Of a stretch of 64,000 nt of DNA, positions 1 through 13,030 are shown piece after piece. Both the position numbers and the translations under genes were made by a program. The stretch is from Octopus sinensis (taxonomy: Eukaryota). The stretch is from NCBI RefSeq assembly GCF_006345805.1, contig NC_043002.1, positions 21,700,001 through 21,764,000 of the forward strand, given 5' to 3'. Every line of letters starts with the position of its first letter. The first letter of the stretch is position 1. Under the pieces are notes generated by a model that worked only from the letters and a program-made list of their open reading frames with translations, was not told the DNA's origin and searched no databases.

Positions 1-26
1 ATATATATATATATATATATATATAA

Positions 27-180
27 TCATCATCATCATTGTTTAATGCCCATCTTCCATGCATGCATGGCTAGGATGGTTCAAGAAGATAGCCAGGTAG
101 AAAAATTACCCTATGCGATGTCTGGTTTGGCAGAGTTTTTATGGCTGGATGCCCTTCCTAACCCCAGCCACTCTACAGAT
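27..180 (-). mobile_element. RTE-tail repeat (family C), degenerate copy
   Basis: (cat)n, then ttccatgcatgcatgg...ggatgcccttcctaacc; same motif recurs at about 9760, 9990, 11300, 12184, 15130, 20540, 23390, 24290, 26865, 31940 and 35424. Confidence 0.7.
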
Positions 181-370
181 GATGATATATAATATGTGTG
201 TGTGTACACTACATGTAGTAAATACATATGTAAAGACATGCCATGATTGTTTTTATGATATATTAACAGTGCTGCAATATATGTAGTTCTCAGACCTTCT
301 GCCAGTTTATTTATTTAATTTCCTTTCTCTCTTTCTCTTTACCTTTACAGTTTGGAGTTGGTTCGCCAGG

Positions 371-634
371 ATGCCCTGCTTTGTCTCTAGAGCAGATCTA
401 TGGTCAAAAAAGAAGCTGGAGTTTGTCGTCCCGCCCCTACTGCTGTTAGCAGTGTTCGGAGACTACATCACCACAGTCACCAGCAGCAACAGCACCACCC
501 TCACACCCCTCCGCAGCAGCCCAGCCACCACCACCACCACCACCACCACCATCACCACCATCATCAACAGCAGCAGACTCAGCAGCTCCTGCACAGATCT
601 TCAGCTGCAGTTGCCAGTAACAGTAGCACTATGA
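371..634 (+). promoter_or_regulatory. Out-of-frame upstream ORF (87 aa, poly-Thr) whose stop TGA 632-634 overlaps ATG 631-633
   Basis: ATG 371 has A at -3 and is the first ATG after the acceptor at 350. It reads the CAC/CAG repeat as Thr/Ser and ends in an ATGA overlap with the conserved TTBK Met. Confidence 0.45.
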
Positions 635-687
635 CTACAGAAGACCTAATCCAACCAGCTCAGGTTGTGAAAGACCGATGGAAAGTG
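400..687 (+). CDS. TTBK: Tau-tubulin kinase, first coding exon (His/Gln-rich extension from ATG 400; conserved start MTTEDLIQPAQVVKDRWKV from ATG 631)
   Basis: Pyrimidine tract plus AG at 349-350; in-frame TAG at 388-390 upstream of ATG 400; donor GTAAGT at 688 directly after RWKV (phase 0). MTTEDLIQP..VVKDRWKV matches the TTBK/Asator N-terminus. Which ATG is used cannot be decided from sequence. Confidence 0.9.
526..576 (+). repeat. Coding (CAC/CAT)13 + (CAR)4 triplet repeat (poly-His/poly-Gln)
   Basis: cac x8, cat, cac x2, cat x2 (526-564), then caa cag cag cag. Confidence 0.9.
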
Positions 688-2992
688 GTAAGTTCAATCA
701 CTGAAGTTCACACCCCTTAATCATCTCCTTCCACCCCTCTTTGTTTTTTTTTCACTCATCACACCACTTCTGATATTCCATCACCAATCATTGCCTCCCT
801 ACACTCAAGATACAAAAGGCCATTTTTTTACCTCATCTTTATCTTCATTTATCACCTTCCACAACCCATTACCAACTCTATCAAACCAAAGGATGCTCCT
901 ACATGTATGCTAAAAGTAGTTCTCAAATCTCCATCTGATGAATTCCAATGTTAAGTAATCTCACTTTGAGGTAATACTTTGATAAACTTATTAGGTTTTT
1001 CTTACAAAGGTGGAAAACATTTAAAAATTTCAAATAGTCCAGGTTTTCTCCTTTGATTTATATCTCAAAACTCAAGCTTGGGCAACCATTTGTGCAGCCA
1101 GTGAATTAAAAAAAGGATAGCATTACATAATCATTCATCTGTGTCTAGGTTTGCAAGGAACTGAAAAGAATTTGATTTTCCTTGAGATTTTGTTTTCCAT
1201 GATAAAACAAATTGCCCTTGCAAGCATAAAGTAACAGCAGTAAATTATTTTACGATTGATTTTAGTGGGTTTTAGTCTATATAGGCCAAAAGCTGTGAAC
1301 AAAAAAAGTTGGACTTTTTTACGTAGCCACTTTTCTGAAACTGGACCAAAAGTGTACCAACAAAATAAGCAAAAAGGTGGAGAAAAAACATTTTTTTTTT
1401 CTATTTGGTTCATATCTAGAACTTTTAATAAAAGAACAAAGGAATTTCACAATTTTATGATTAAAATAAACCCTTACAAAAATGTCCAAGAGAAAATGGT
1501 TTCAGTATTATGTAGTCACATATTATACCTTGTTCATTCAAAAGAAGTGTGTAGAATAAAAAGGGAAATGCTTCAGATTGTTTAAATATGTCTTTGAAAA
1601 ACTTGATGTATTGTTCTTTCCTGTCTACCAAATGTTGATACCCTTAACTTTTGCCTAATACCATTGCTACTATTTTAAAGTTTTCCAAAAGTCTTTTAGC
1701 TTAGAAGAGCCTCAGGCAATAAAACTCATAGAAAGCCCCAAAATAACTTTTTGGAAGTAATTTCACATTTCTGGGGTTATTCTAAGATTAACTGAAGAGA
1801 AAATTACATTAGAATTAGTTTCATGGAAAATATTTTCTCAGTGCCAAAATAAAAGTATATTGGCTGAATCAACTCTGACTCAGGGCTAAAGAACAGCATC
1901 ACATCAACTTTTCTTCATGTGGTCTTTTATTGCTTGCATCATCAATTAATTAATGTGAAGAAAATGAGGTTTTGGCCTGGTTATCTTCATTTGTTATATA
2001 TTATATTTGACAGTACCAGCTGGAGCTAACTGTGCTATGTGGTTATAACAGAGTTGCTACCTGAATTATTTAGTAGGCAGAGAATGTGAAATGTTTGGTA
2101 ATTAATTAATTAACTGTTCGGTCAGTGTTGAGAAAATTTGGTTTCTCACAAGAACTGAAGCTTGATCAAGAATTATGCAAATTAATTGTTTTGGAAACTC
2201 TTCCAATCCACTCCTTCCATAACAGCTTGAGGTCGTAAATTATGGTATAAACCAAAGTAGGAATCTCTGCTGGGTCTGTTTGACCTGCTTGAAATATAAC
2301 CAAATATTCTCAATGTTACACCTGAACAGTTATTGATAACTCAACATGGCCCTCAATGGAATAATACTTTTACATCTGTTGCTGTGCTCACAAACATCTG
2401 AGACTGCATCCAGAAAAAATCTACCCAACAGGTTGATGTAAAGTCACTCACAGATACACTCCAGCCTCTGGTTCACATCTGTGCTGTCTCCTCTCTCTGC
2501 CTTTTCTAATGCTATTATAATGGCTTCTTCCCAAATTTAGTTTCCACTCTGGTATTCTAGGTCTGCTCGTCTCTCCTTTTTTTGATCATCCAAATCAAAT
2601 ATCCTGTCTCCTTCAAATATGTGGCCTTATATCTGTGTTAGAGAACAATTCCATTCAGTTATGTTTTTAACCCATAGCTGAATGAACCCTCTACATTCTG
2701 ATGCTGATTTACATCTTGTGCTGCTTGTATGCGAATCATGTCACACTGCCAGTTACAAGTTGGCTGGAGTGTTCCTTTGGTTAAGTGATTAGGCATGACC
2801 AATAGCACCTAAAAAATAATATGCTAATTGATATCAAACTTTAAAAAAAAAAAATTCAACTCTGTTGCCAAGGCGAAACTGGGTTTCAAAGATTGGGCCT
2901 ACTACATTCCAAGAAATAGTTGACTCTATCCTTTGCAACAAAATTTATGGTCCAGTACTTATGTTAGAAAGTATTTCTGTAAATTTCTTTGA

Positions 2993-3271
<279 letters not shown>

Positions 3272-4327
3272 TGACTAGAGAGATAAAACAGTCAACCTCT
3301 TCAAGAATGTCTAATTTTCTGTGTCTATTGAAATTAACCAAAAGAATTTGTTAGATGCAGCAACAGATTGAATTATTTTTACAACTGTTTAAAACTGGAG
3401 TAGTATGCATGTAGTGTGTAGATGATATATAAACATCTTTTAAGTATCTACACCCTATTCTTAATTTATATTCATTTCTTAAAAGTGCTGCGTGGCCTCA
3501 GGTTAGGCAAACACAGATTGTTGGCTAAGCCACTAGAAATGACCAACAGATCTATTCTTTCAGATATACCCTTCTTCTACTTAGCTGAGTACCATTCTGT
3601 ATGTTCTGAGATGAAGATGGTTAGAATGTCTTCAAAGACATTCTAACCGCCACAGTTCTGTCTTTTTTCCAGGTAGTATATTGAGGATTATACTATTTGA
3701 TGCCATTTAATTTTCAAGAAGGTAGGGTGAGATTTGCAGGAGATTTTGTTGCTAGTTTTAGCAACTTCAGTGACTAATATAATGAGCAAACATAGAGGCC
3801 ACTATATATTGTTGTAGTTGTTCAGTTTAAAGCTATCCATGCAATATTAAACAGAAATAGGACATGATCAGTTTAATAGATTGTGAACCCTTGTTCATTT
3901 CCTCTAACCAAGATAGCCAACAGCCAAATAAGGCTCACATTAGAGTAATTGTTCATCTATGTAGGACAGTACCATGTCTACACTCATGAACATTTGAGAC
4001 TGTATCAAAACAAAACAAGAAAGCTATTCTACTGATAAGGGAACACTTGCTTGCCTTCACACCACACCCACCAACTTACAGATTCATTGTTTCTAGACCA
4101 GATGTAATAAGAGGCTTTCTGGCTGACCAACAAACATTCAGTCACCACTGCACTATATCCACTGGCACATAGACTTATTGTTTCTCCCATCTTCCCCTTT
4201 TTTTTTTTTTACCACTACTACAACAGCCTTTGTACTTCTGAACTATATTGCTGTATTTGTGCGGTTGATTGATTTCTTCAGTGTCTGCTTTGGTTATCTC
4301 AGAAACTATTGAAGCTATGATGTAAGA

Positions 4328-4478
<151 letters not shown>

Positions 4479-4612
4479 CCATTATTTAATGTCCAACTCC
4501 CATGCATGCATTGGTAGAACTGTTTTTCCTGTAACAGTGATTTTGGGTTCTCAGATAAATTTGTACATTGTTTTCCCTCTTATTTTAATCTATCTATCTG
4601 CCTGTCTTTCCA

Positions 4613-4647
<35 letters not shown>

Positions 4648-5094
4648 GTGCACAGACACATATACATATTACCCTTAATTATAACTGTTAAGCAATATAA
4701 CAAAATAAATTTTTTAGTCTGTTTTCAAAATATTGCTTTATAATTTTTTTTAACCAAATTATCTGATTGTTAAGTTTGCAATCTATCTCTACTTAATATT
4801 TCGTAGTTGTATCAGTTATATTATATCTTGTATGAAAAACAGAATCAGTTTAATGAAAGACACAATTCAGTTGAAACAAGTTCAAACATATAATACATAG
4901 CAACAAATATCTTTCTTATATTGGTGACTATAATAGTTTGTAATATAAAATACATTTAAATAGTGACCGCTTCAGTGTAGTAATATCTTCACTCACACTT
5001 AGTTACATAGCAACACAATACTTTGCAGCTATTAGTGGCTCTAATAGAAAGCTGTACAAAATATGTTTAACTATTCATACTACGCACATAGATA

Positions 5095-5580
5095 TTTTAT
5101 TTTTTACTTGTTTCAGACTGCGGTTAAATCATTCAAATCACTTCAAAGCGGTTTGGGTACCGCTTTGAATGATTTACTCAGACTAAACGAACCCAATACT
5201 TATTTTCATTTTTTACTCTGGTACTTATTTTGTTGGTCTCTTTTGCTGAACTGTTAAGTCGTGGAGATGTAGACAAACCAACACTGGTTGTCAAGTAGTG
5301 GTGGGGGACAAACACAAAATATAAGGACACACTCACACACACACGCACACACATACATGTGCATGAACGCACACACATACACGTGCATGCACGCACACAC
5401 ATACATACACACACACACAAGATGGGTTTCTACTTAATCTCCATCTACCAAAGTCACTCTCAAGATATTTGCTGACCCAACAGTGTGGTAGAAGATGCTT
5501 GCCCCAAGTGCCGTGCAGTGGGACTGAACCCAAAACTACATGGCTTCAAAACAAAGTGTCTAAACTACACAGCCATGACC
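5095..5580 (-). mobile_element. tRNA-derived SINE family A (CORE-like centre), old copy
   Basis: Reverse complement of ...ggttcagtcccactgc..ggcac.ttggggcaag..tcttctac... with a microsatellite middle and a ttgaaacaagtaaaa tail. Confidence 0.75.
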
Positions 5581-5890
5581 CAGGCTTTGACAGAGTGACA
5601 AATGTAGTAATAATGATGGTGGTGGTGGTGGTGGTGGTTGTCAAGATGATGATGATGAACGTAATAGTTTCTTTTATTTGCCACAAGGGCATCAAATGAG
5701 GAGACATTACAAAGACAAGTTGCAATTTGTGTTGGAGTTTACATAAAATCAGGTGAAAGAAAAGAAAAACGATTGCTTTTACTAGCCAAAAGGACCTAAG
5801 ACATTGAGGACAATATATTTAGATGAAATACAAATTCACAAAAGTGAAGTAAAGAGAAGTCAGCTAAAACAAGAGATAATAAAAAATAAA

Positions 5891-6139
5891 TGTGCCCTTT
5901 TTAAAGTCTAGCCAGGCTCATGGGCCTGGTTTCCCGGTTTCTATGGTGTATGTGTTCCTCAGCTAGATGGGACGCCAGTCCATCACAGTGTTACTCATTT
6001 TTGCCAGCTGAGTGGACTGGAGCAATGTGAAATGAAGTGTTTTGCTCAAGAACACAATGCGTCGCCCGGTCCAGGAATCGAAACCACAATGTTATGATCA
6101 TGGTGCTGACACCCTAACCACTAAGCCACGCGCCTCCAC
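5891..6139 (-). mobile_element. tRNA-derived SINE family D
   Basis: Minus strand starts gtggaggcgcgtggcttagtggttagg (A box) ... gtttcgattcc (B box), then cttgagcaaaacac and gatggactggcgtccc; relatives at 35972-36279, about 39535 and 60470-60775. Confidence 0.8.
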
Positions 6140-6486
6140 AAAACAAGAGATATGACAATAAAAATGTCCCAATAGTGGGGAATACCATCTAGGATAGTTT
6201 TCTAGGAAACTTCACTCAATAACCTGGATTACTATGCCATTTCCAGTCCATTCAGATGTGCCTTCTCCCAGTAACTTACCTTCTATTTAAGAAAGTATAT
6301 TCAGGATAGCTCATTTAATCTCATCAGCAAACAGTACTATATCATTTACCGTCTGCAATTGAGACAACTCCGGCTAATGTGTCCTAGAGGGCTTTTTGTA
6401 GTACCTGATCCCAGGGAAAATTCAATTAACTTACATTTTTGCCATAAGCAGAAATATATAATTTTTCTTTTTTCCTTCTCCTGGAT

Positions 6487-6906
6487 TACTCTTTACTCTC
6501 TTTTACTCTTTTACTTGTTTCAGTCATTTGACTGTGGCCATGCTGGAGCACCGCCTTTAGTCGAGCAAATCGACCCCGGGACTTATTCTTTGTAAGCCTA
6601 GTACTTATCCTATCGGTCACTTTTACCAAACCGCTAAGTTATGGGGACATAAACACACCAACATCGGTTGTCAAGCGATGTTGGGGGGACAAACACAGAC
6701 ACACAAACATATACACACATGCATACATATATATACATATATTCGACGGGCTTCTTTCAGTTTCTGTCGACCAAATCCACTCACAAGGCTTTGGTCGGCC
6801 CGAGGCTATAGTAGAAGACACTTGCCCAAGGTGCCACGCAGTGGGACTGAACCCGGAACCATGTGGTTGGTAAGCAAGCTACTTACCATACAGCTTCTCC
6901 TGCGCC
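6487..6906 (-). mobile_element. tRNA-derived SINE family A, young full-length copy
   Basis: Head ggcgcaggagaagctg..ggtaag..ggttccgggttcagtcccactgcgtggcaccttgggcaagtgtc; tail (agtaaaag)n. Highly similar to 14325-14737, 33405-33780, 59975-60400 and 61010-61455. Confidence 0.85.
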
Positions 6907-7340
6907 TTTAGATTACTTCCTTTAGTAAAGAAATGCTGTTGGGTTTTAACAAAATTCTTCCATCTGCATGATTTTTCATAAAACTGTGATTTTGAGTTCT
7001 CATATAAATTTGTACATTCCCCACCTCTTTTATTTAAATCTTTATTTTTTGTGAACAGTTTTAACAAATCAATAAGTAACATATTCTACCTCATTGTCCA
7101 TGATTTCTCGCCAACTTTTCTCTAACTTGTCACTGCCTTGATAGCACATCTTGACTTGAGGAATTCATTGAGTCACATTTTGAGCTGCATGTCATTGTTG
7201 AACAAAATGCCTCACAGACTTTTGGAGAGCAATCAGAGAAGGTACTAATCTAAAGATGCTATTTCAGGAGAATATGGTGGGTGTGATAACCACCCAAGCT
7301 TTTGAACTGCGCTTTTCATCAAATTAGTGATGTGGGTCCA

Positions 7341-7546
7341 AGCGAGCTGGCAGAAACTTTAGCATACCAGGTGAAATGCTTAGCAGTGTTTCATCTGCTG
7401 TTACGTTCTGAGTTCAAATTCCACCAAGGTTGACTTTGCCTTTCATCCTTTCGGACTCGATAAATTAAGTACCAGTTATGCACTGGGGTCGATGTAATCG
7501 ACTTAATCCGTTTGTTTGTCCCCTCTGTGGGCAGTAAAGAAATAAG
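7341..7546 (+). mobile_element. SINE family B (gagctggcagaaacgttagc...gactttgcctttcatcctttcggggtcgataaattaagtaccag)
   Basis: B-box-like gagttcaaattcc; more than 15 copies in the window (about 12826, 18100, 18657, 18866, 24530, 25170-25780, 26270, 26490, 28595, 38750, 38940, 52125). Confidence 0.8.
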
Positions 7547-8739
7547 AAACACACAGAGTTGTACAAATTGAGTTGTTTGGACCATACCCATGGAGTGATG
7601 GTGATAAGTAACAGTATCATGAGAACATCCCATCTGCTGGGGCCAGTTCTATGGTGGACTGGTGCAGATCTTCATGGATGAGCTCATTTAATTGAACTAA
7701 ACTGATCAGTTGGAATGCAAAGATTCTGTTAGGCCAAAATTCTTCCATTTGAAGTGTAAAAACCATTTCTGTGCAGTTCTTTCAGTAATAGCACCTTCTC
7801 CTTACACAGCATAAATGTCTCGAGTAGCTTTCACAGATTAGGTTCCTTGATTGAAAGTGAAGAGAAGTAGGTACCGAAAATAGTAATTTTCCTTTTTCTA
7901 CTTGGCAGTCCATCATATGATTGAAAAAAGGTAAAAAATTATTGAAATTTAAAAAAGGATAAAATTTGTAGAGGAAGAATAGAGCTAAAAAATAAACCAT
8001 AAAACACTTTGGTAAAAATATTTTTCATGTCAATTCAAATAATATTCAAAAGAGAGGCATGAATTCACCTGACAACTCAGAAGACGCAAAAATTCTGTCT
8101 GCTCATTTAGTGTTGGGGAAAGTTTTGTTTCCACACATCTGCTTGATGAACAAGCCATAGTATTAGAAATCATGTAAGAGTTGCTACTGTTTGCACATGT
8201 TGTTGCTGCTGTTACTGTTGTTGTCTTCTATATGACTAATTTGGATATTTGAGACATTTTCTATTAATTGTTCACTCAACTGTTCATCTGTTCATTTTCT
8301 CCTTTGTCTTGTTCGTTTAGTTGTGTGTTTTGATTTTGTATTGTTTTTGTTTGGTGTTTATCCATTGTAGCATTTTGTCATGTGGTATAATCATTTGTGG
8401 TAGACATTTTTAATGTGAAAATGTAATTGCGCAAATAAAATTTTAAAAGTTTGTGAAACAATAAACAAATCTTGTTTTTTTTTTCTGCTGCTGTCTAGAC
8501 CCTGCCTCCCCCTCTCAGATATCAAAGACAGCACCTCCTTAGGAAATTATGATTCTTTTTATAAGTATTCTAAAGGAAATCTCATTGGTAATGCTTGAAG
8601 TAAACATGTTTTGAAGGGAGAACCATAAAGATGTTTTCATACTATCTGTGTTGATGATGATGATGATAATAATAATAATGATAGTAATAATAATAATAAT
8701 AATAGTAATAATAATAATAATAAACAGAAGGCATCAAGT

Positions 8740-9720
8740 GGAATATAAAGGGAAGTGGAATGGAGTGCCCAATAGAACTGTTATTAAAGGTTTGATTCTT
8801 TGGCATGGCCAGAATAATCCAGAAAGTATTAGATAGCTGAAAAGAATGAATAGCATCGTACTGTTGGCTGCAGATAGTAATCCCACTACACATGCAAGCC
8901 TCCAGGACCTCCAATAAAACCTGTAATAAAGAGATAATAATAATGATAATAGTTTCAGATTTTGGTACAAGGCCAGCAGAAGCAAAGAGTTGCAAGAAAC
9001 ATCATGAAGAATTTTATCCAATGTGGTAATATTCTTCCAGCTCACTGTCATAATAATGATAATAATAATATGATGATGATAAAAATGAGAAATGAAATTG
9101 CTAATTATAATCACTCAGAAACAGACCATTTGAACAAATTTGATAAAAGCAAATATTAATAAAATCCAGACAGCAAATACAAAATCTGTGGGAAAGGAGA
9201 TGAAAGTTTTAATCATCAGCAAGGGTATAAGTGCAAGCATGACTGTGTAGATAAAAGTGTCCTTGAGAATGTTAGCTGAGTGTGTAGATTCACAATAACA
9301 GGAAAGTAGTATGAATTACTTGTGATAGAGAATAAGAATTACAATACTTCATAGGACTTCCCCATAAAAACTGAAGCAAGAAAACCAGATATGATTATAG
9401 AGGACAAAAGAAACAAACATTGTAAGATCATAGACTTTGCAATACCATATGATAACAGAGTAGATACCAAAGAAATTGGGAAAAAAACGAGAAATATGAG
9501 AACCTTAGCAGAGAGATGAAGAGACTGGAAAACTAAGACCACAATATTCCTATGGTAATTGATGCACTTAGTACAACACTCAAATTGCCACCTGAAAGAC
9601 TGAAGGAATTTGGAACTGAGACTTACATTCTTGAACCTGCAGAAAATACTCTTGAGATTTGAGGAGACTTGCTGTCACCAAATCTCATGACAATATTCCT
9701 GCTAATATAGTGTGTAATTG
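8740..9720 (+). mobile_element. R4/Dong-like non-LTR retrotransposon 3' remnant (CCHC + restriction-like endonuclease)
   Basis: Frameshifted translation gives KICGKGDESFNH...YKCKHD and ARKPDMIIEDKRNKHCKIIDFAIPYDNRVDTKEI..K.EKYENL (PD..D-type RLE signature); interleaved with (TAA)n tracts. Confidence 0.75.
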
Positions 9721-9986
9721 TTATAAGAAATTCATTATCATCATCATGAATTCATATTGTCATCATCATTGCTTAACATCCGTTTTCCATGCTGGCATGG
9801 GTTGGATGGCTTGACAGGAGCTGCACTAGGCTTCATTGCCTGTTACAGCATGGTTTCTACAGCTGGATGTCCTGCCTAACACCAACCACTTTACAGTGTG
9901 TACTGGGTGCTTTTTATGTGATACCAGCATCAATGCTTTTTGCATGGCACCAATAATAATAGTTTTTAATATAGGCACATCATCAT

Positions 9987-10220
9987 CATCATCATCATCA
10001 TCGTTTAACGTCCGTTCTCCATACTAGCATGGGTTGGGTGGTTTGATCAGGATCTGGGAAGCCAGAAGGCTGCACCAGGCTCTAGTCTGATCTGACAGTG
10101 TTTCTACAGCTGGATGCCCTTCCTAATGCCAACCACTCTGTGAGTGTTGTGTGTGCTTTTTACGTGCCAGACGAGGCTGGCAATGACTACGATCAGATTG
10201 GTGCTTTTTATGTGCCATTT
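9987..10220 (-). mobile_element. RTE-tail repeat (family C), paired with a second copy at about 9757-9960
   Basis: catcatcgtttaacgtccgttctccatactagcatgggttgg...ctacagctggatgcccttcctaatgccaacc. Confidence 0.8.
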
Positions 10221-12183
10221 CTGGCACAAGGCCAGAAATTTAGAGGGATGGATAATTTTATTAAATTGACCCCTGTGCTTGCTTTGTACTTCATTTTATC
10301 ATTCTATCAACATTGTACTTTCTTTTTCTGCCTTGCTTTCCTCCTCTTTCTACCTCTGTGAATAGGATCTAACCACCGCACTATCTCAGTGTGTTTTATA
10401 GCTTCTTCCTCTCTCTCTCTCACTCTCTCTTTCTCTATACTACACCTTTTATATCTGTTTATAAGCTGTGAGTGTTGTTTATTATCTGTTAATTCTGAAA
10501 ACTACTAAGTCATGTGTTGATAATCTCTCCATCTTAACAGCAAGTTGTAACAACAGCAGCCGTTAGTGAGATTTACTTTAAACCTTAAAACTGAACAGAT
10601 CAACTCATTAAACAGATAACTTCTTGACATGGTGCCAGGAAAGGATTTCATGTAGCAGCATGTTGTTGTTGTTATTGTTGTTGGTGGTGGTGTTGATGGT
10701 GGTATTTTTGTTGATTTTTTTTTTTTTTGCTGTTGTTGATGTTACTGGTTTTTGAGTTGCAAGATGTTGGTGTTAATGTTCTTGTTGGTTGTGGTGGTGT
10801 TTGCATTGTTGTTCTTGCTGATCCTGTTGTTTTTATAGTTTTGTTGACACTTAGCTCTAGGTTAACTTTCATTGATCAGACCTATGATCAAAGGTGTTCC
10901 AGCCATGACCATCCCACCTTTTCAGAGATAGCTACAACTACATTGTCCACCGTCTCTTCCAACTGTTTCTATGCAAAAGAGCTAAGATGATTAGGCTGCT
11001 ATTTCTTGCAGGTTCAATGACTATACAGAGAATACTTTATTGGCTTGTGTTATTCTTGTTCTTGTTATTATTGGTGTTGTTACTGCTGCTGCTGTAATTA
11101 CTACATTAGATCTCTTTCTTCCAGAATTCATCGGTTTCATGATTCATTTACTCATGACTACAGACTTCACAAAACGCCCAATTGTACAGTGCTTACACTG
11201 ACTAGAATATGTGAAGTCTCCAAGAAGTTGAATATTTGACCACCTTAGATATGATGAATGAAGGCACATGGCCTTGTGGCTTGCGTGTTGCATTCACAAT
11301 TGCAAGATCATATAAAGTACTGATGCTGGTGCCTTGTAAAAAGCACCTGGTACACTATGAAAGGTGGTTGGCATTAGGAAGTGCATCCAACCATAGAAAC
11401 CATGCCAAAACTGACAACTGGAGCCTGGAGCAACTCTCTGGCTTGCCAGCTCCTATCAAACTGTCCAACCCATGCCAGCATGGCAAACGGGCATTAAATG
11501 ATGATGATAGATGGTGCACTGTTGTCTTGAGTAAAATACTTCATTTCACATTACTCCAGTTAAATTAGTTCATGTTGTGATCTTGGTTATTTATATGCCA
11601 TAGAAACTGGGTTACTGGCACTATGAGTCCTGAGGCCTAAGATAATAATGTCAAGGTGATTATGATGATGATAATGATGATCTTGGTCTAGTGTTACATT
11701 TAAGGAACCTTTCTGCTGCACCTAATGTTACATCAAATTTTTTATTAGTAATACTAGAGTTGTTCTCTCTGTTGATGAATCTGTTACCAATTTTGCTCTT
11801 GGAATTTAAAAAAAATAATCCTAGTGACCTCAATCTTGCTAACATTGGGATACATTCAGTTGCATGAATGTCTGGTGTTTATTTCATCAACCCCATGGGC
11901 TTAAAAGGCCAAAACAACCTTGGTAGGAGTTGAACAAATAACATGAAGGAATGAACCGAAATTCTGCTTGGGCTTGATCTGGCGCTCAACATATTTATTA
12001 CCTCATCACCCGTATTCTGTTTGACACTTAATCTGTCTTTTCATGGCTCATTCAAACCACCTCGTTTATTTGAACCAATTCTGATTTATTTCCCCTAGAC
12101 AGTTTAATTGAAGAGTTTTGTAACTCTTCTGTACATCTCTTCCTAACTCAAATGTATATATGTATATATATATATATATATAT

Positions 12184-12497
12184 CGTCTGGCACCTGTGTC
12201 GGTGGCACATAAAAAACACCATCCGAGCATGGCTGTCTGCCAGCCTCGTCTGGCACCTGTGTCGGTGGCACATAAAAAACACCATCCGAGCGTGGCCGTC
12301 TGCCAGCCTCGTCTGGCACCTGTGTCGGCGGCACATAAAATCACCCACTACACTCTCGGAGTGGTTGGCGTTAGGAAGGGCATCCAGCTGTAGAAACATC
12401 TGACTGGCCTGGTGCAGCCTTCGGGCTTGCCAGACCCCAGTTGAACCGTCCAACCCATGCTAGCATGGAAAGCGGACGTTAAACGATGATGATGATG

Positions 12498-12500
<3 letters not shown>
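12184..12500 (+). mobile_element. Family C repeat carrying a 63-bp tandem unit (about 2.5 copies, starts 12184/12247/12310)
   Basis: Unit cgtctggcacctgtgtcggtggcacataaaaaacaccatccgagc.tggc.gtctgccagcct, then ggaagggcatccagctgtagaaac...gttaaacgatgatgatg. Confidence 0.85.
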
Positions 12501-12530
<30 letters not shown>

Positions 12531-12534
<4 letters not shown>

Positions 12535-13030
12535 TGGCTGTGTAGTTAAGAAGTTTGCTTCCTAACTATATGGTTTCATGTTCAGTCCCACTGCATAGCA
12601 CATGGCATCTTGAGTATCTTCTACCATTGCCGAGCTGACCAAAGCCATGTAAGCAGATTTGGTAGAAAGAAGCCTGTTATGTACATGCATGCTTGCATGC
12701 ACACATACATACAGACAAGCATAAATGTATGTATGTATGTATGTGTGTGTATTGTCTTCTTGTCTCGACATCACTTGGTTGTTGTAAATGAATGTTATTC
12801 ATATCCAATATTCTGTGAAATGGCAGCAAGCTGGCAGAAACGTTAGCATGCTGGGTGAAATGCTTTGCAGTATTTTGTCTGTTGTTACATTCTGAGTTCA
12901 AATTCCACCAAGGTCAACTTTGCCTTTCATTCTTTTGGGATCAGTAAATTAAGTACCAGTTGTGTACTGGGGTTGATCTAGTCAACTGTCACCCTCCCCA
13001 AAAATTTCAGGCCTTGTGCCTAGAATAGAA
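12531..13030 (+). mobile_element. Adjacent SINE family A (about 12531-12800) and family B (about 12826-13030) copies
   Basis: Same diagnostic motifs as the other A and B copies. Confidence 0.7.

Noticed and set aside
1135-1585. Overlapping 92- and 109-aa ORFs in intron 1, and similar short F/L/I-rich ORFs throughout
   Set aside because: Composition reflects AT-rich intron sequence; no recognisable domain or splice support.
5120-5175. Small hairpin ttcaaagcggt-ttgggt-accgctttgaa
   Set aside because: Lies within a decayed SINE tail and is too short to argue for a miRNA or terminator.
5891-6139. tRNA-like sequences (also about 24900-24978, 36200-36279 and the family A heads) as tRNA genes
   Set aside because: A/B boxes are present but there is no complete cloverleaf, and each continues into repeat body sequence; these are SINE heads.
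12184-12340. 63-, 47- and 42-bp arrays as possible CRISPR arrays or repeat proteins
   Set aside because: Units are directly adjacent with no unique spacers, there are no cas genes, the context is eukaryotic intron, and they sit inside retroelement tails.
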